IMG/VR virus record: IMGVR_UViG_2061766007_000135
DNA from: an uncultured virus (IMG/VR IMGVR_UViG_2061766007_000135)
Lineage: Duplodnaviria > Heunggongvirae > Uroviricota > Caudoviricetes
Length of the DNA: 64,000 nt
Strand: one strand, 5' to 3'
A model generated the notes under the pieces. That model made no database searches. It was not told where the DNA came from and saw only the letters and a list, made by a program, of their open reading frames with translations. Position numbers and translations under genes: made by a program. This document shows positions 46,301 to 58,397 of this stretch, one piece after another. Positions within the stretch are counted from its first letter, which is position 1. The number at the start of each line of letters is the position of its first letter.

Positions 46301-48055
46301 ATAAACGGTTTGTATATTAATTAAACGTGAATAGTCAACAGCGTTATGTACTGCAAAATCAAATTCATAAGTTTGACCAACATTACCGCCACTGCTAAAC
46401 AATGTCATTGGAATAAAAACAGATGCGCCATTAGATACACGTAAAAAGCTATTCTTTTCACTATCCTTAAGCCATCCATTATTATACCAGTTAAAACCTG
46501 TTAAACGAACAGGAGCATCAATCAATTCATCATTTGCGCCAATGGCCTTTAAAACTTTATTATTATTAGTAATAACTTTATTAAGCCAAGTCTAACGCTT
46601 GATTGGAGATTCATCATTAGAACGTCCTGCAGCACTTAAATGTAAAATAGTGCCAGGGACTGGCTCTAAACTATAACGACTTTCTTCAGAAATTTCAACC
46701 TAGGCTTCCCAACTAGCATCGCCAGCTTGGATACGGAAAGTATTCATTCCTAAATGATAATCAATAATATCCCAATAGATATATGAACCAGCTGAATATG
46801 TTATATCTTGACTACTAATTTCTTCATCATTAATATAATAAGTAACTGTAATACTAGATGTACTATTAGCTGGATCAATAATTTTATAAGGAATATCAAT
46901 TAAAGTATAATTAACAAATCCAGCACCAGTACGAGGGAAAGGAGACCAAATAATAATTCCTTCCGCATCTTTAATCCAACCAATTTCATAATGCAAATCT
47001 TTACTAATTTCTACCGCTGTTGTACCGATTGTTAAAATCGCAGTTATATCTAAAGTATGTGCGCCGTGAGTAGCAGACTCAAAAATTGGCCACAAATCAA
47101 ATACACCACTAGTAGTAGAAATTGTTTCTTTGCGTGTTACCGGAGAACCAAAATTAGCATCACGTACCGCAGTTACTTCAATTGTTCCAGTTTGGAACAA
47201 ATCACTTGGAGTAACCCCTTCACCTAAAGTTAACTACCAAGGGAATTTAAATTCACCTGCAGAATACTCATAAAAGTTTTCTGGAGTCCATTGATTTGTT
47301 GGACCATAATTAACGTCAATAACTGAAAAACTAGTACTTAATACTTCAGATTCACGATCATTAATAAAAGCTTTAACCTTTAATACTGTTTGTCCAATGC
47401 GCAAATAACTTGCTGGAATATTTAATTCAATAGTGCCAGAACCATTAGTTAAATTCAAACGACCTGGGCTCCAAGTTTCACGATAAGGTTCAAGAGCTGT
47501 GCGGCTTGAATAAAAGCTAACTTCAAATTCAGCCTAGCTACCACGTTTTCTGTCGACAACGCGTAAAGTTGCTCTTGCATTTTGTCCTTTTGCAATCATA
47601 GGTGGGAAATTTACATCATAACTTAAATCAATAGATGCAGCACTTCCGCCACCATTGCCAGAAACTAAGATTTCTTCTACCCAACAATATGTATTATCAA
47701 TTCTCTTGATACGATATAATGTACCATCGTGATTGATAATAATATCTTCCACATTATAGGTTTCAACTGGCTTATTAATTACAGTATAAGCCAATTCAAT
47801 TGCCGTACGTGGATATGGGAGTAAACCTTGTGAGTCGTCTGTGGCGACTAGCGTATCCGCACAGTCGCCATAAACGAACTTAATTCCTGACCCGCTCATA
47901 ACATGACGCTGCCCTTGTGCATCATCAAAATAAATTTTATTGGTATCATATGCAAAAAATACCGCACCTGGGGCAGTAGCAAAATTTTGAATCTACTCAT
48001 CTGTCCCACGATATGGTAAGAAAGCATCATTTGAACGTTCAGAAGTTACACTCAT
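40388..48055 (-). CDS. Giant virion/tail protein with LamG-like, CotH-kinase-like and LRR regions (2555 aa, code 15)
   Basis: Eleven ORF-track fragments (47534 to 40490) share one frame separated by TAG; AGGAG SD; QGTSSQGYPRRN, LKADYMDS, YDSRQKNM, FYDMDT(Q)LGINNSG; C-terminal LPNSIVTIGNYAF repeats; ends TGA. Confidence 0.8.
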
Positions 48056-48085
48056 TTTAAAACTCCTTTCTCTCAATGAGAATCA

Positions 48086-50014
48086 TTAAGTTGTAGGATC
48101 AAAAGATTCCCACATCAAATCCACACTATATGAAGCAGCACTAGTAGGCTTTGTAATAGTTAAACTTGATGAAGTTAAACTCATTGCTGCACCATTCGTC
48201 CAAGTTGAACCACCCCAACCTGGTTTATAGCCTGGAGTTAACGTAAGAACATTATTACTTAAACTTTGTGCTAACTAAATGGCACTAATACCATCGTCGA
48301 TAGCAACCTAGAAAGTTTCAGTAGTTGTTCCCGTGACATGACCATTTTCAATAGTAAGACCTGTAATGGCTGAAAAAGTCTAATTACGAGAAGCAGTTGA
48401 ACTAGTATTACTAACAACCTTATTGCCGCTATTAGCGCTTGTAACACTGGCGGTATTATAAGGAGTATGTTTAATATAGACAACTGATTTACCATTGTTT
48501 GTACCACCACTAATAGTGGTAATAGATGAATCAATTTCTAAACCAGTACCAACACCAATGGCTTTATCACCAATAGTCATACCACTACCATTTGCATCCA
48601 AATAGAGGTATGTAAATTGATTACTTGTACCACCACCACTAATAGCAGTAGCCAATTTATAACTGTTGATTGCATCATCGCCGGATGGAATTAAAGTCCA
48701 AACAATATCAGCAGGTGCTAAATAACCAGCACTATTTTCAGTTTTTCCTGCCGCAGCACTAGCAATTAACAAATCACCTTGACGTGCTGATGTAGTTATT
48801 ACGTCAGTACCACTGCTACCAGCTTTAATTGTGACAGTGTCTCCAGCTGGACAATTAACATAATAAACATCGCCAATAGAAACGCCACTGTTATTATTTG
48901 TATCACCAGATGGTAAGACATACTATAATGAAACACCTGAACCAGTAGTTGGCACAGTGCCTTTATAGGTCATTGCATTAGCGCTCTAAAATTTAGTAGC
49001 AATTAATTCATCAATCTAAGCAATAGTATATACTGGTAAATTTGCAGTGACTGTAGCAGTGCGAGCACTATTAGCTGTTGAATAAGTGTATGTTACATCA
49101 TTCGCGCCAGTGCCAATAGTAGTAGTAGAATTATTATTTCTATTATCGCCTACGACAAATTGATAACGTACTTGTAATTCACTGCCCACCGTGATTGTGC
49201 CATTATTTGCCGTTTCAGTACTTAATAAACCAATTTTTAAATATTTATTAGTATTGTCCACAGCTCCGCCAACACGGTAATTAGTATTAACCTAAATAGC
49301 TCCGCTAACTACACTAACTGTAGTGCCATTCGCACCGACAATATTAAATGAATTATCAGTTGTGCTATTAACAGCCGTGCCAGCACTATCTGTGCCGCTA
49401 TAAATATTACGAATAGTAACAGTACCACCTGTAACACTATTTTCACTATAAGAAGCAATTACTGGAGTAACTGTATTTGTAACATCACGAACACGTAAAG
49501 ATACTGTTTGGCTGCCAGCATTTTTTGTAACTGTTAACGCAGTACTATTTAAAGACTCAATGGCGAACGCAGGAGAAAATGCTAAAGTGCCATTGGTACC
49601 ACTACCAGGACGTAAATCATAAAAATTAGTTGTAATTGTTGCTTTATTAGATGAAGCTGTGACTACGGTCGCGATAGATTTAAAGATCTTAGATGCATCA
49701 GTATTTTGAGGATTAATCTAAACCCACGCACTTGCACCAGTAAGACCAGTATAACGACATAAAATATTTTCAGCACGAGCATAATATAATGCAGTTGTAC
49801 TTAAATTGGCAGTATCAATAGCCTAAATAGCTGCCCAGTTATTATACTCTCTAAAATCACCAATGCGGATACGTTCTGTGGTAGAGCCATTATTATAGTC
49901 AATATACATTGCACGTTCATCAGTAGCAATATATATATTACCATCAGTTTTTGCATCTGGTAAATTAGCCTAAAGACCTCGCAAGAACTTTACTCTTGCA
50001 TCAGTAGCTGCCAT
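48086..50014 (-). CDS. Tail fibre-like protein (642 aa, code 15)
   Basis: AGGAG SD; starts MAATDARVKFLRGL(Q)ANLP...GNIYIATDE; fragments 49016/48380 in frame; ends LMWESFDPTT-TAA. Confidence 0.78.
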
Positions 50015-50036
50015 GTATTCTCATCTCCTTAATTAA

Positions 50037-51188
50037 TTAATTAGGAATAACTTCCCAAGTTAAAGTAACATCATCAACGCGAGCATCAATATATTCAGTA
50101 ACATTTGGATAAGTTGTACGATTAAATGTTAATGAACCAACATAATTAATCCATTGTCCACGTGCATTTAATGTATAATGTTCTCGATCACCCGCACTTA
50201 AATTTGCTACTGCTGTATTTAACCCAGGTACTACGCCAGGAGCCGTTGTTCCTGAGAATACATCAAGATTAACTACACCCTAACTTAATTCTGGAACTGG
50301 AACATTATTAACACGAATTTCTTGAATACCAACTAATCGTTGTAGATTTTCAAGATCTTCAACACGTTTAATTAAACCAGTGCTTTCAACTCCAGGCGTA
50401 ATAATTGTCCCATCTATAGGGTCAAGTTCAGGTGGAGTACCTACTGTACCAACAGTAGTATCTAAACGATCTAATCTTGTATGAATAGTATCTAAATTTG
50501 TAACTTCGGTTTGTAGAATTTGAACTAAATCTTGTAACCCTTCAAGAGTCAATAAATTAGGTTCATACCAACCTAATGATCCATCAGCTTCTACTTTTGG
50601 AGTTAAACCTGCCGGCCAAGGATGATTAGCATCTACAGTAACCAATTCATAATGTGCAGGAACTGCCGGAACATAACCAGCAGTTCCTTCTTCCCCTTGA
50701 GCTTCTGTAGCTGCTACAAAATGATGATATACTTTTTCATAATTTTTTAATGATAATGCACCATCTTTTAATTCAAAAACATCATCATTTAAATCAAAAT
50801 GTGTTGCCACATTTGCAATTTTCTCATCTAATGTCATACCATCAGCAAAAACAACACTTGAGCTGCGAGTATGAGCATTTAACTAATGCCATTGATCATC
50901 CGCGGCATAGATATATAAATCTTGAGTAGAAGTAGTTCCATCAGTTAAAACTAATAAATCATTAACGACAGGTATGGCACCATTTAACGCGGCAACAATA
51001 TTTTCAACCAAAGTAAGACTTTCATCAATCGTACCAGTATAAAAATGCGCCACACCGATCGGCACAGTGCCGCGATATAACTCATTAGTATCTAATAAGA
51101 AATATAAAGTTTTATCATCTTTAGTTTCTAATGCATCATAATTAGCACGCGTTCCATATCTAAATACTACTTTAGATGTTGCTGCCAT
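50037..51188 (-). CDS. Tail fibre-like protein (383 aa, code 15)
   Basis: GGAGGGAG SD; KVVFRYGTRANY...LYFLLDTNELY N-terminus; fragments 50883/50280 in frame; ends LTWEVIPN-TAA. Confidence 0.78.
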
Positions 51189-51206
51189 ATGTTAACTCCC
51201 TCCCAT

Positions 51207-51252
51207 CATTAATTTTCAAAATTAAATTATGTTAGTTATTATAACTTGCCCA
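51207..51252 (-). promoter_or_regulatory. Putative phage-specific motif, copy B
   Basis: TGGGCAA-N7-TAA-CT-AA-CA-TA-ATTTAATTTTGAAAATTAATG in the intergenic gap before 51188. Confidence 0.45.
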
Positions 51253-51253
51253 C

Positions 51254-51640
51254 TTAGAGGTCATCATTAACATAATCAATAAATAACCAACGTTCCTCTG
51301 TAGGATGCCCAGTGTTCCAAGCAATTAAACGATCAACAGAAGCAGCATCCATTTTAATATTATAAATAGGAGACATATTTAAAACCCGGGCCGGAAAAGT
51401 AAAGGTATAAGATGAAGATCCCTACTCTATTGGATTACCTGGATGTAAAATACGTATCATTGTAGGAGTATCATTAACATAAAATCCAAATCCTATTAAA
51501 GCACTAATAGTTAAACTCACAATACGAGTTTTACTATCCCAAATCGTGCCACCAACTAGCTAATTGCGTGTTAACCCAGCTGGGAAATTACGAGCATCTC
51601 CATCTTTAATATAACGAATCTATTTCTATCTAAGTGCCAT
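51254..51640 (-). CDS. Hypothetical protein (128 aa, 4 TAG); missing from the ORF track
   Basis: AAGGAG SD; MALR(Q)K(Q)IRY...; ends TAA. Confidence 0.75.
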
Positions 51641-51654
51641 ATATTATATTCTCC

Positions 51655-54600
51655 TTATAATAATCGTTCCGCCGCAATGTTTGCTTGCATAGACATCAAA
51701 CCATCATATGCCAAAGAAATACTAATAGATCTAATAACATATTCTCCCCGAATTCCACTATTCATATCTACTACTTTAATACGATGATTTGGTTCTAAAT
51801 AATAAATTGGTAAACAACTAACAGTAATTGAATCTTGATAATAAGTTGTTTCATAAAGTAAATTATCTAATTCATCTTTAGCACTTTTGCCTTGATAGCT
51901 TAACTAAAAATATTGTGCTAAACCAGAAGTTAATTGCAAATAAACATAACTAATATTGTGTTCACGCGGCTAATAACTATCATCAGGATCCATAAATAAA
52001 ACTTCGGGAATATCTCTAACGAATATAGCTTTTATATTTTTATCATTAATTACTTTAGGCCGATGGCCGATCAAACTAATTTTATATTTCCCTAAATCAG
52101 AACCAGCATCAATAAAATCTAACCAAAATAGCATTGATTCAGGTCGTAAAAATTTTAATAATGTATCGCCAGTGTTAATATTTAATTCACAATAAATTAC
52201 ATCAGGGTCCCAGTAACAATTATTAACCCACTAATCTTCATATTTCCGAGCTAATAATTCACGTCTATGATTAGCTTGTTCTTCTTCAAAAAGAATCTAA
52301 GTCTATCCAACGCCAACCCAAGTATTATTATCACCGGTACGATAATTATTATAAATAGTATTACCAGTTTCTGGTAACGGAATATTATGCGTATTATTAT
52401 TATCTGGTTTGCTCCATTGTAATAATGTAGTTAAACAATCAATCATTGCATTTTTCCATTGAGTCAATGCTGGGGAATGTGAGACATCTATCGCTGTATA
52501 ACCAGTTGGAATTTCAACTGTATTTTCACTATTATTTAAAGCAATAGTGTTAATAAAAGTAGTACCTAACTAAAAATTCTAAGCTGCTTCACTGCCAATT
52601 ACTTTTACTAAATTTAATACTAAAGCTTGCCATAACGTATTTGCCGCGCTGCGTATACGTAGTTCACGTTCATCAGTAGTAATAGCCGTATTACGCATTA
52701 ATGAATTATAACTTGCAGTAAAATTACTTAAAGCACCCTAAATATCTATGCGTGTCAATGCTAAATTCGACTATTCACTTGTCTATATGACAGCTTTATC
52801 CGCATCTGTTAAATCTAATAATTCACTCAAAGTATTTTCAGTGCGATAAAGTTTAGGCCAAAATTCTAATAAATCAGTAAAATAAATCTCATAACGTGAA
52901 CTCAATCTTTCTTCCCACATTTGAATCTCTTGCATAAACGCTTCAACTCGATGTGTAAAACCTACTTGCCGATCAGTATCACTATTTAAAGTAGCATAAC
53001 CTAAACCTTTTACTGGAACTAAATCATAAACACGAATTACGCCACGGCCATAATTATCAATAATTCTTGCCCAATCACTTGTAAATGTACTATTGGCATC
53101 AGCCAAACTGAAAAAAATAGTTTTATTACAATTACGAAGCCAATCAGTCCAAGTATATAAAGTCTATTGATTCTTTAAACGTTTCTCGTTGGTTTGCGCT
53201 AAATCATTCTAACAAATATGACGAAAACGATTAATCGAATCATCCCAAATCCAAAAACCGCGATATTCATTATCTACATTACCACAAAACGTACTTAAAG
53301 TTACATTCTAGTAAGCAATTGCTTTATAAGGTTCAGTAAAAGACCCACATAATGTGCGGCCCAAGGGCGTATTACCACTATAATCTGCATCATTATCTGC
53401 ATACAAATTAATTAAACGATTAATATCTACAATATTTAAAATTAAAGTATTATCTCGTGCAAGAGTCAACACTCTTACTCTTGCCTGTGCTTGTGAATAA
53501 TCCACTGCCATACGATATAATAACTCACGCCAATCAACACAATAACTAACCCCATGCGTTTGATCTAACTATACCCAAGCTGCTCCAAAAAATTTTGAAG
53601 AATTTGGACGCGGCATATTTAAATCATCGTTATAAATAGGATATGGCTCTTGCATACGCTTATAATCTTGTTCAATTTTATCCTAATCGCGTGCGGCTAA
53701 AGCAATGCGTTCATCAGATTTACTTAAAATAGTAGTATTTTCACGCCATTCACCATTAGTGTAATTAATATTAAGATCTGCACGATACCAAATATCATTA
53801 TTTAAACAATGATAAACAACAGGTTTGTCATCAATAGCGCAACGTAAGTGGCAAGGAGCAGTATATTTGCTTTCTACATTACTAATTTCACCCCAAATAA
53901 TCCAATCATTGCGGACATTTAATAAATTTGGTTTATTAACATATGATTCTACCTATTGATTTTCTGCAAAATCATAAATATAAGTAGCTTCCTATGTGCT
54001 AGCAAAATAACCAGTAGTGGCTTCACTTGGTTGTACACCATTCCAAATAATATTATGATAAATTTTTTTACGTTGAAAAATAAAACGCCCATATACATCA
54101 TAATAATATTCAAATTCACCAAGTACTTCTTTAATTTTATCTAATAATTGAACAATAGTACCGCCAGCCGAAATAATTAATTCACCTGGCATAGTTAACT
54201 CAGTACGCTAATACCCCGCGGTGTCACCATATTCCAAATGTTTAACTACACGCACATAACGATCTTGATAAGTAGGTTTATCTAAATTAATTGTATTATC
54301 ATCTTGCGGCTAATAATTCCAAGTATTTAATAGCCACTAGCCCATATCATCTGTCTCTAAAGCAAAATTACTTGTATAATCAGAGAACGTAGGAGTCAAT
54401 GATAAATCATAAATAAATGCACTTACATTTTTTAAACGATAATCTAACAAAGTAACAGATACATCTTCAAGATCATTAATAATAATATTTTCAAAACTTT
54501 CGTGCGCATATACATGAATAGCATTTCTAATAATTTCTTCAATAGTCAAATCTACTTTTTCTACAGTGCCATCAGGTTGCATTGCATCTAACACACCGAA

Positions 54601-55053
54601 ATCGTGCTCTGCAAATACAGACCCTCCAACACTACCATCAAGTAAACACATTTTATCTTTGCCGGTTAAAGAAATATTAATACCTTGTAAATTATTCTAA
54701 ATAGATAATGATGTTGTTATAAATAAACCCTATGGGAACCAAATAATATCTTCATATTTATCATCGACAAAATTTTTTAAACCAATAAATAAAGCATATT
54801 TTGTATGAATTTGCCAATCTGCCTCATTTACATTAGGTATTTCTGTAATCATCTATAAACTAACTGTTCTGCGGCAAGCCGAAGAACCATCAATAGTTAA
54901 ACTGCCTGATACAATATTGCCTGTAATTTCTTGTAAAGGTAATTCATTAAAATTTAAAACTACTACTTTACAAAACTATTCACGAATTGGATAGGTATCT
55001 AATTTTAACAAAAAGTTTTTATCCTATAATGCAGGTTCTTTATGCATATACAT
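51655..55053 (-). CDS. Baseplate hub/tail tip-like protein (1132 aa, code 15)
   Basis: GGAGG SD; IDGSSACRRT N-terminus, FEYYYDVYGRFIFQ, C-terminal PIYYLEPNHRIKV...GEYVIRSISI; fragments 54337/53992/53308/52783 in one frame. Confidence 0.72.
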
Positions 55054-55068
55054 AGTTATTTACCTCCA

Positions 55069-57981
55069 TTATAATTTAGATTTTAACTATTGATTTAATA
55101 TAGCTAAAGTGCTTCGATAAATACCACGATTACTCTATATGATAGCCGCAGAATAAGTTTCATTATCTACAACATACCAATCATAGTCTTGATATAGTTC
55201 CATTTCACTACGATTAATTGGTACAAAACGTCTATTACGCCAAATAAAAAGTGTTGTATCTGCCGACAAACCACTAATTTCACTATGGTAAGTTAACTGT
55301 CTTAAATTAAATGCTGTTCTACACCATTCTTGATAAGTCTCTTCACATCTAGTAGAATTATAAGTTACATCATTTGCACTTTCAATCGCATAAACAGATT
55401 CTTGTATCTAATAATACAAATTTGTAAAAACACCTGGTGTTAAACGCAAAAATACATCAGCACTATCCCTATAATCAATTTCTGGTAAAATAGAGCCTGT
55501 CTACATCGCTTGGACATCTGTACCGGTAGCATTCTATGGCAATTTTGGATTTTTTACATAAATCATATGAGAATAATCAACTGGCACTAATGTTTCGCCA
55601 TTATACTAATAATATGTCTAATTAGTATGATATAAAACCCATTTATCATATAACAAAATATATCCTTGTACAATATCTGCATTTGTAGCATCCGTCCACC
55701 ATTCTGGAGTAACAGATACACCTATACTTGCACTTTCAATAATAGGATAAGTATGAATAGACATAAAATACTCAGATACTACAGACCGTTTTAAAGTTGA
55801 TAATTCATACAAAATATTCATTTGATATGCTGGATCGTTTTCTGGATTATTACCGGGTGGTAAATCATCAATACCATAACCACTCCAACCATAATAAGTA
55901 GAAACAGTCTATGTATCTACACGTTCATCACTTTCTGCATCAGTTACGACCCATTCCATTGTAATTTTACCAGTATCATTCAAGCCATTGGGATTACTTA
56001 AATATAAAGGAGCTTCATATGGTTCATCTAATGTTAAGGCATATCTATTAGAAGGGCCTACTGCAAAATCATATTCACCCCAATGGAACGCGGTACCAAC
56101 AATATTAACTGTTTGTCCTCCACCTTCGCCAGGATCAATAATGATACTGGTACAAGCATGGCCTTCTGTCCAATCCCATTCAGATAAATAAGTAATTACT
56201 TGCGCCTAATCATACTATGTTGATGCCTAATATTCCATACGTTTTTCTTGAATATAACGTGTAACTGTACGTGTCACAGCTACATGCTATGAACCATTAC
56301 GAATAATATCATAATGTAATAATTCTTCAAAAGTAAATGCAGCTACTTCACTAGCCGTAGCAGAAAAAGTATGTAACATACGACCCGTAGTATTTTCTGG
56401 TGTTAAAGAAATATTAGTTAATTTTACAATATAATTACCTTCCATTGGAGATTTAAATAACTTAATTTTACCATTATTTAACCAAGCCAAAACTTCTAAG
56501 CAAAATACACGTTCTGCGGTAATATTACGATCAGTTAAATCTGTCGTATCTATAAAAACATCAGCTAAATGATCTAATCGGCCATTGTCTCTCTAATAGC
56601 CATTAATTAAACTATCTTTAGCTATTAACTCATCTTTAGAAATAAATAATTCTTCATTATCACTTAAATAAGTTAATAACCCACCAATAGTAAACTCTTT
56701 ATAATTTAATGCACCATTGCGCATAATAACTGGGTATTTGCGGCCGATAGTTGTTTTTTTCACTTCAGAAATTACAGTTTTAAATGAATTAACATTGGCA
56801 TTAAAACTTAATTTAATCTATTTCTCGCCATCATATAAAAACATAAATTCAAAAAATGCAGTGACTGGCTCACTCTCTACACGACGAGATTTAATATTTT
56901 GATTATTAATTTTTTCAATACCATATTTATAACTTATGCCTGATTCTACTGTATAATCAATATATTCCCAATCAGCAAACTTTTCTGCGGACTAAAAAGT
57001 ATACATTGTAGACCAAACATTATAATTACTATTACTATCTGTACGTAAAATAGCATAAGATCCATTAAATGCCCATAGCTCTGGATTCGTTTTCTAAGAG
57101 TGTTCATTAGCTTGCTAATTATCTCTTGCTTCATATGGATCATCTACATTTGGATCACGCCAAGCAGTCGCGCGCGCATGTAATTTTATACGTCCATTAT
57201 CATAATCTAATTCTGGGAATAATTCAAAAGGTAATAAAATACCAATATTCGCCATACTTGTAATCGTATAAATAGCACTATTTATTTCTAATCCATTAAT
57301 AGTACGAATACTATAAGTTAATAAATAAGAACGACCTGTAGTTAAAGTAGCTTGAGCAATAAATAAATCATTAGACCGGCCTAATTCTGTATCTTGGCTA
57401 CTATCATGAATTGTCCAATTAGTATCTTCAACTACTTGAGTAGTAGAACTACCTTGTGCATTAGTTTCCAAACTTTTTAAAATAAATCTATATTCATATA
57501 CTTTTTCAGATATATCATTATTTAAATAAATACCTGTAAAATATCTATTCATTATAGAATTTATAGTCTATGAATCTAAACCTTCAATACCAACAGATGG
57601 CTCATTAGTATATTTTACAATAGAGGCCGTAGAATAAAAACCAATATATGGAGTAGTATCCGCGGCGCGATTAAAATAAGCTAGCTAAACTTTATAGAAA
57701 TTACCTGTCACTAATTTCGCTACTGTAGTTGCCGCTAATGAAAAAGTAACTGTAAAATTTTCTGTATCCCAAATGGTAGCCTATTCAATAGCAACAAGAG
57801 TATCTGTGGTGGTTGTTTTAATACGTAAAGCAAAACCTGCTACTTCAGATACTCTAACAGCCGAATTCATAGTAAATGGGACTACCAATTTGGTAGTCCC
57901 ATTTTTACTATCTGTATAAAATGAAGGTAATGTGCCAGCTAAATTGGGAGGTAATAAACGATTTAGCTGCGCCATAGTCAT
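55069..57981 (-). CDS. Tail/baseplate structural protein (970 aa, code 15)
   Basis: TAATG-coupled start; fragments 57781/57115/56287/55618 in one frame; KLFKSPMEGNYIVKLTNISLTP segment; ends TAA next to the downstream SD. Confidence 0.7.
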
Positions 57982-58367
57982 TACTCCTCTTCTTCAAGAA
58001 TTACTTCAAAAGCTTCAACCTGCTTTGGAGTCAACTCCAAATTCTCGATTAAACTAACTGGAATTGTGCGCAAATCTACTTCAGAAGTAAACGCATCCAA
58101 TTCAGCACGTGCCTTGCGGCATTCCTCTTCCAAGCCTTCCTTAATCTTGAATACATTCTCAGCAGTCTGGACAAACTGTCCATTTTCATCCTGCTCAAGA
58201 TAATCCTGCGCAAACTTGCGCTCTTGATCTATATAAAATTCCGTTTCTTTCTTCAATGCTGCTGAGTTCTTTGCAAGAATTAAACTCAACTTAAAAGGCA
58301 ACTTCATCTCCTGAAGTTCATCAATTGCCGCAGAAAGATTAGAAATCTGATTAAAAGTAAGTGTCAT
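57981..58367 (-). CDS. Hypothetical acidic protein (128 aa), TAG-free, possible tail assembly chaperone
   Basis: AAGGAG SD; complete in the standard code; 8 Gln codons, none TAG; function is inference only. Confidence 0.7.
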   Translation of the reverse strand: MTLTFNQISNLSAAIDELQEMKLPFKLSLILAKNSAALKKETEFYIDQERKFAQDYLEQDENGQFVQTAENVFKIKEGLEEECRKARAELDAFTSEVDLRTIPVSLIENLELTPKQVEAFEVILEEEE

Positions 58368-58397
58368 ATAAAAATATCTCCTTTATCTCTTTAATAA

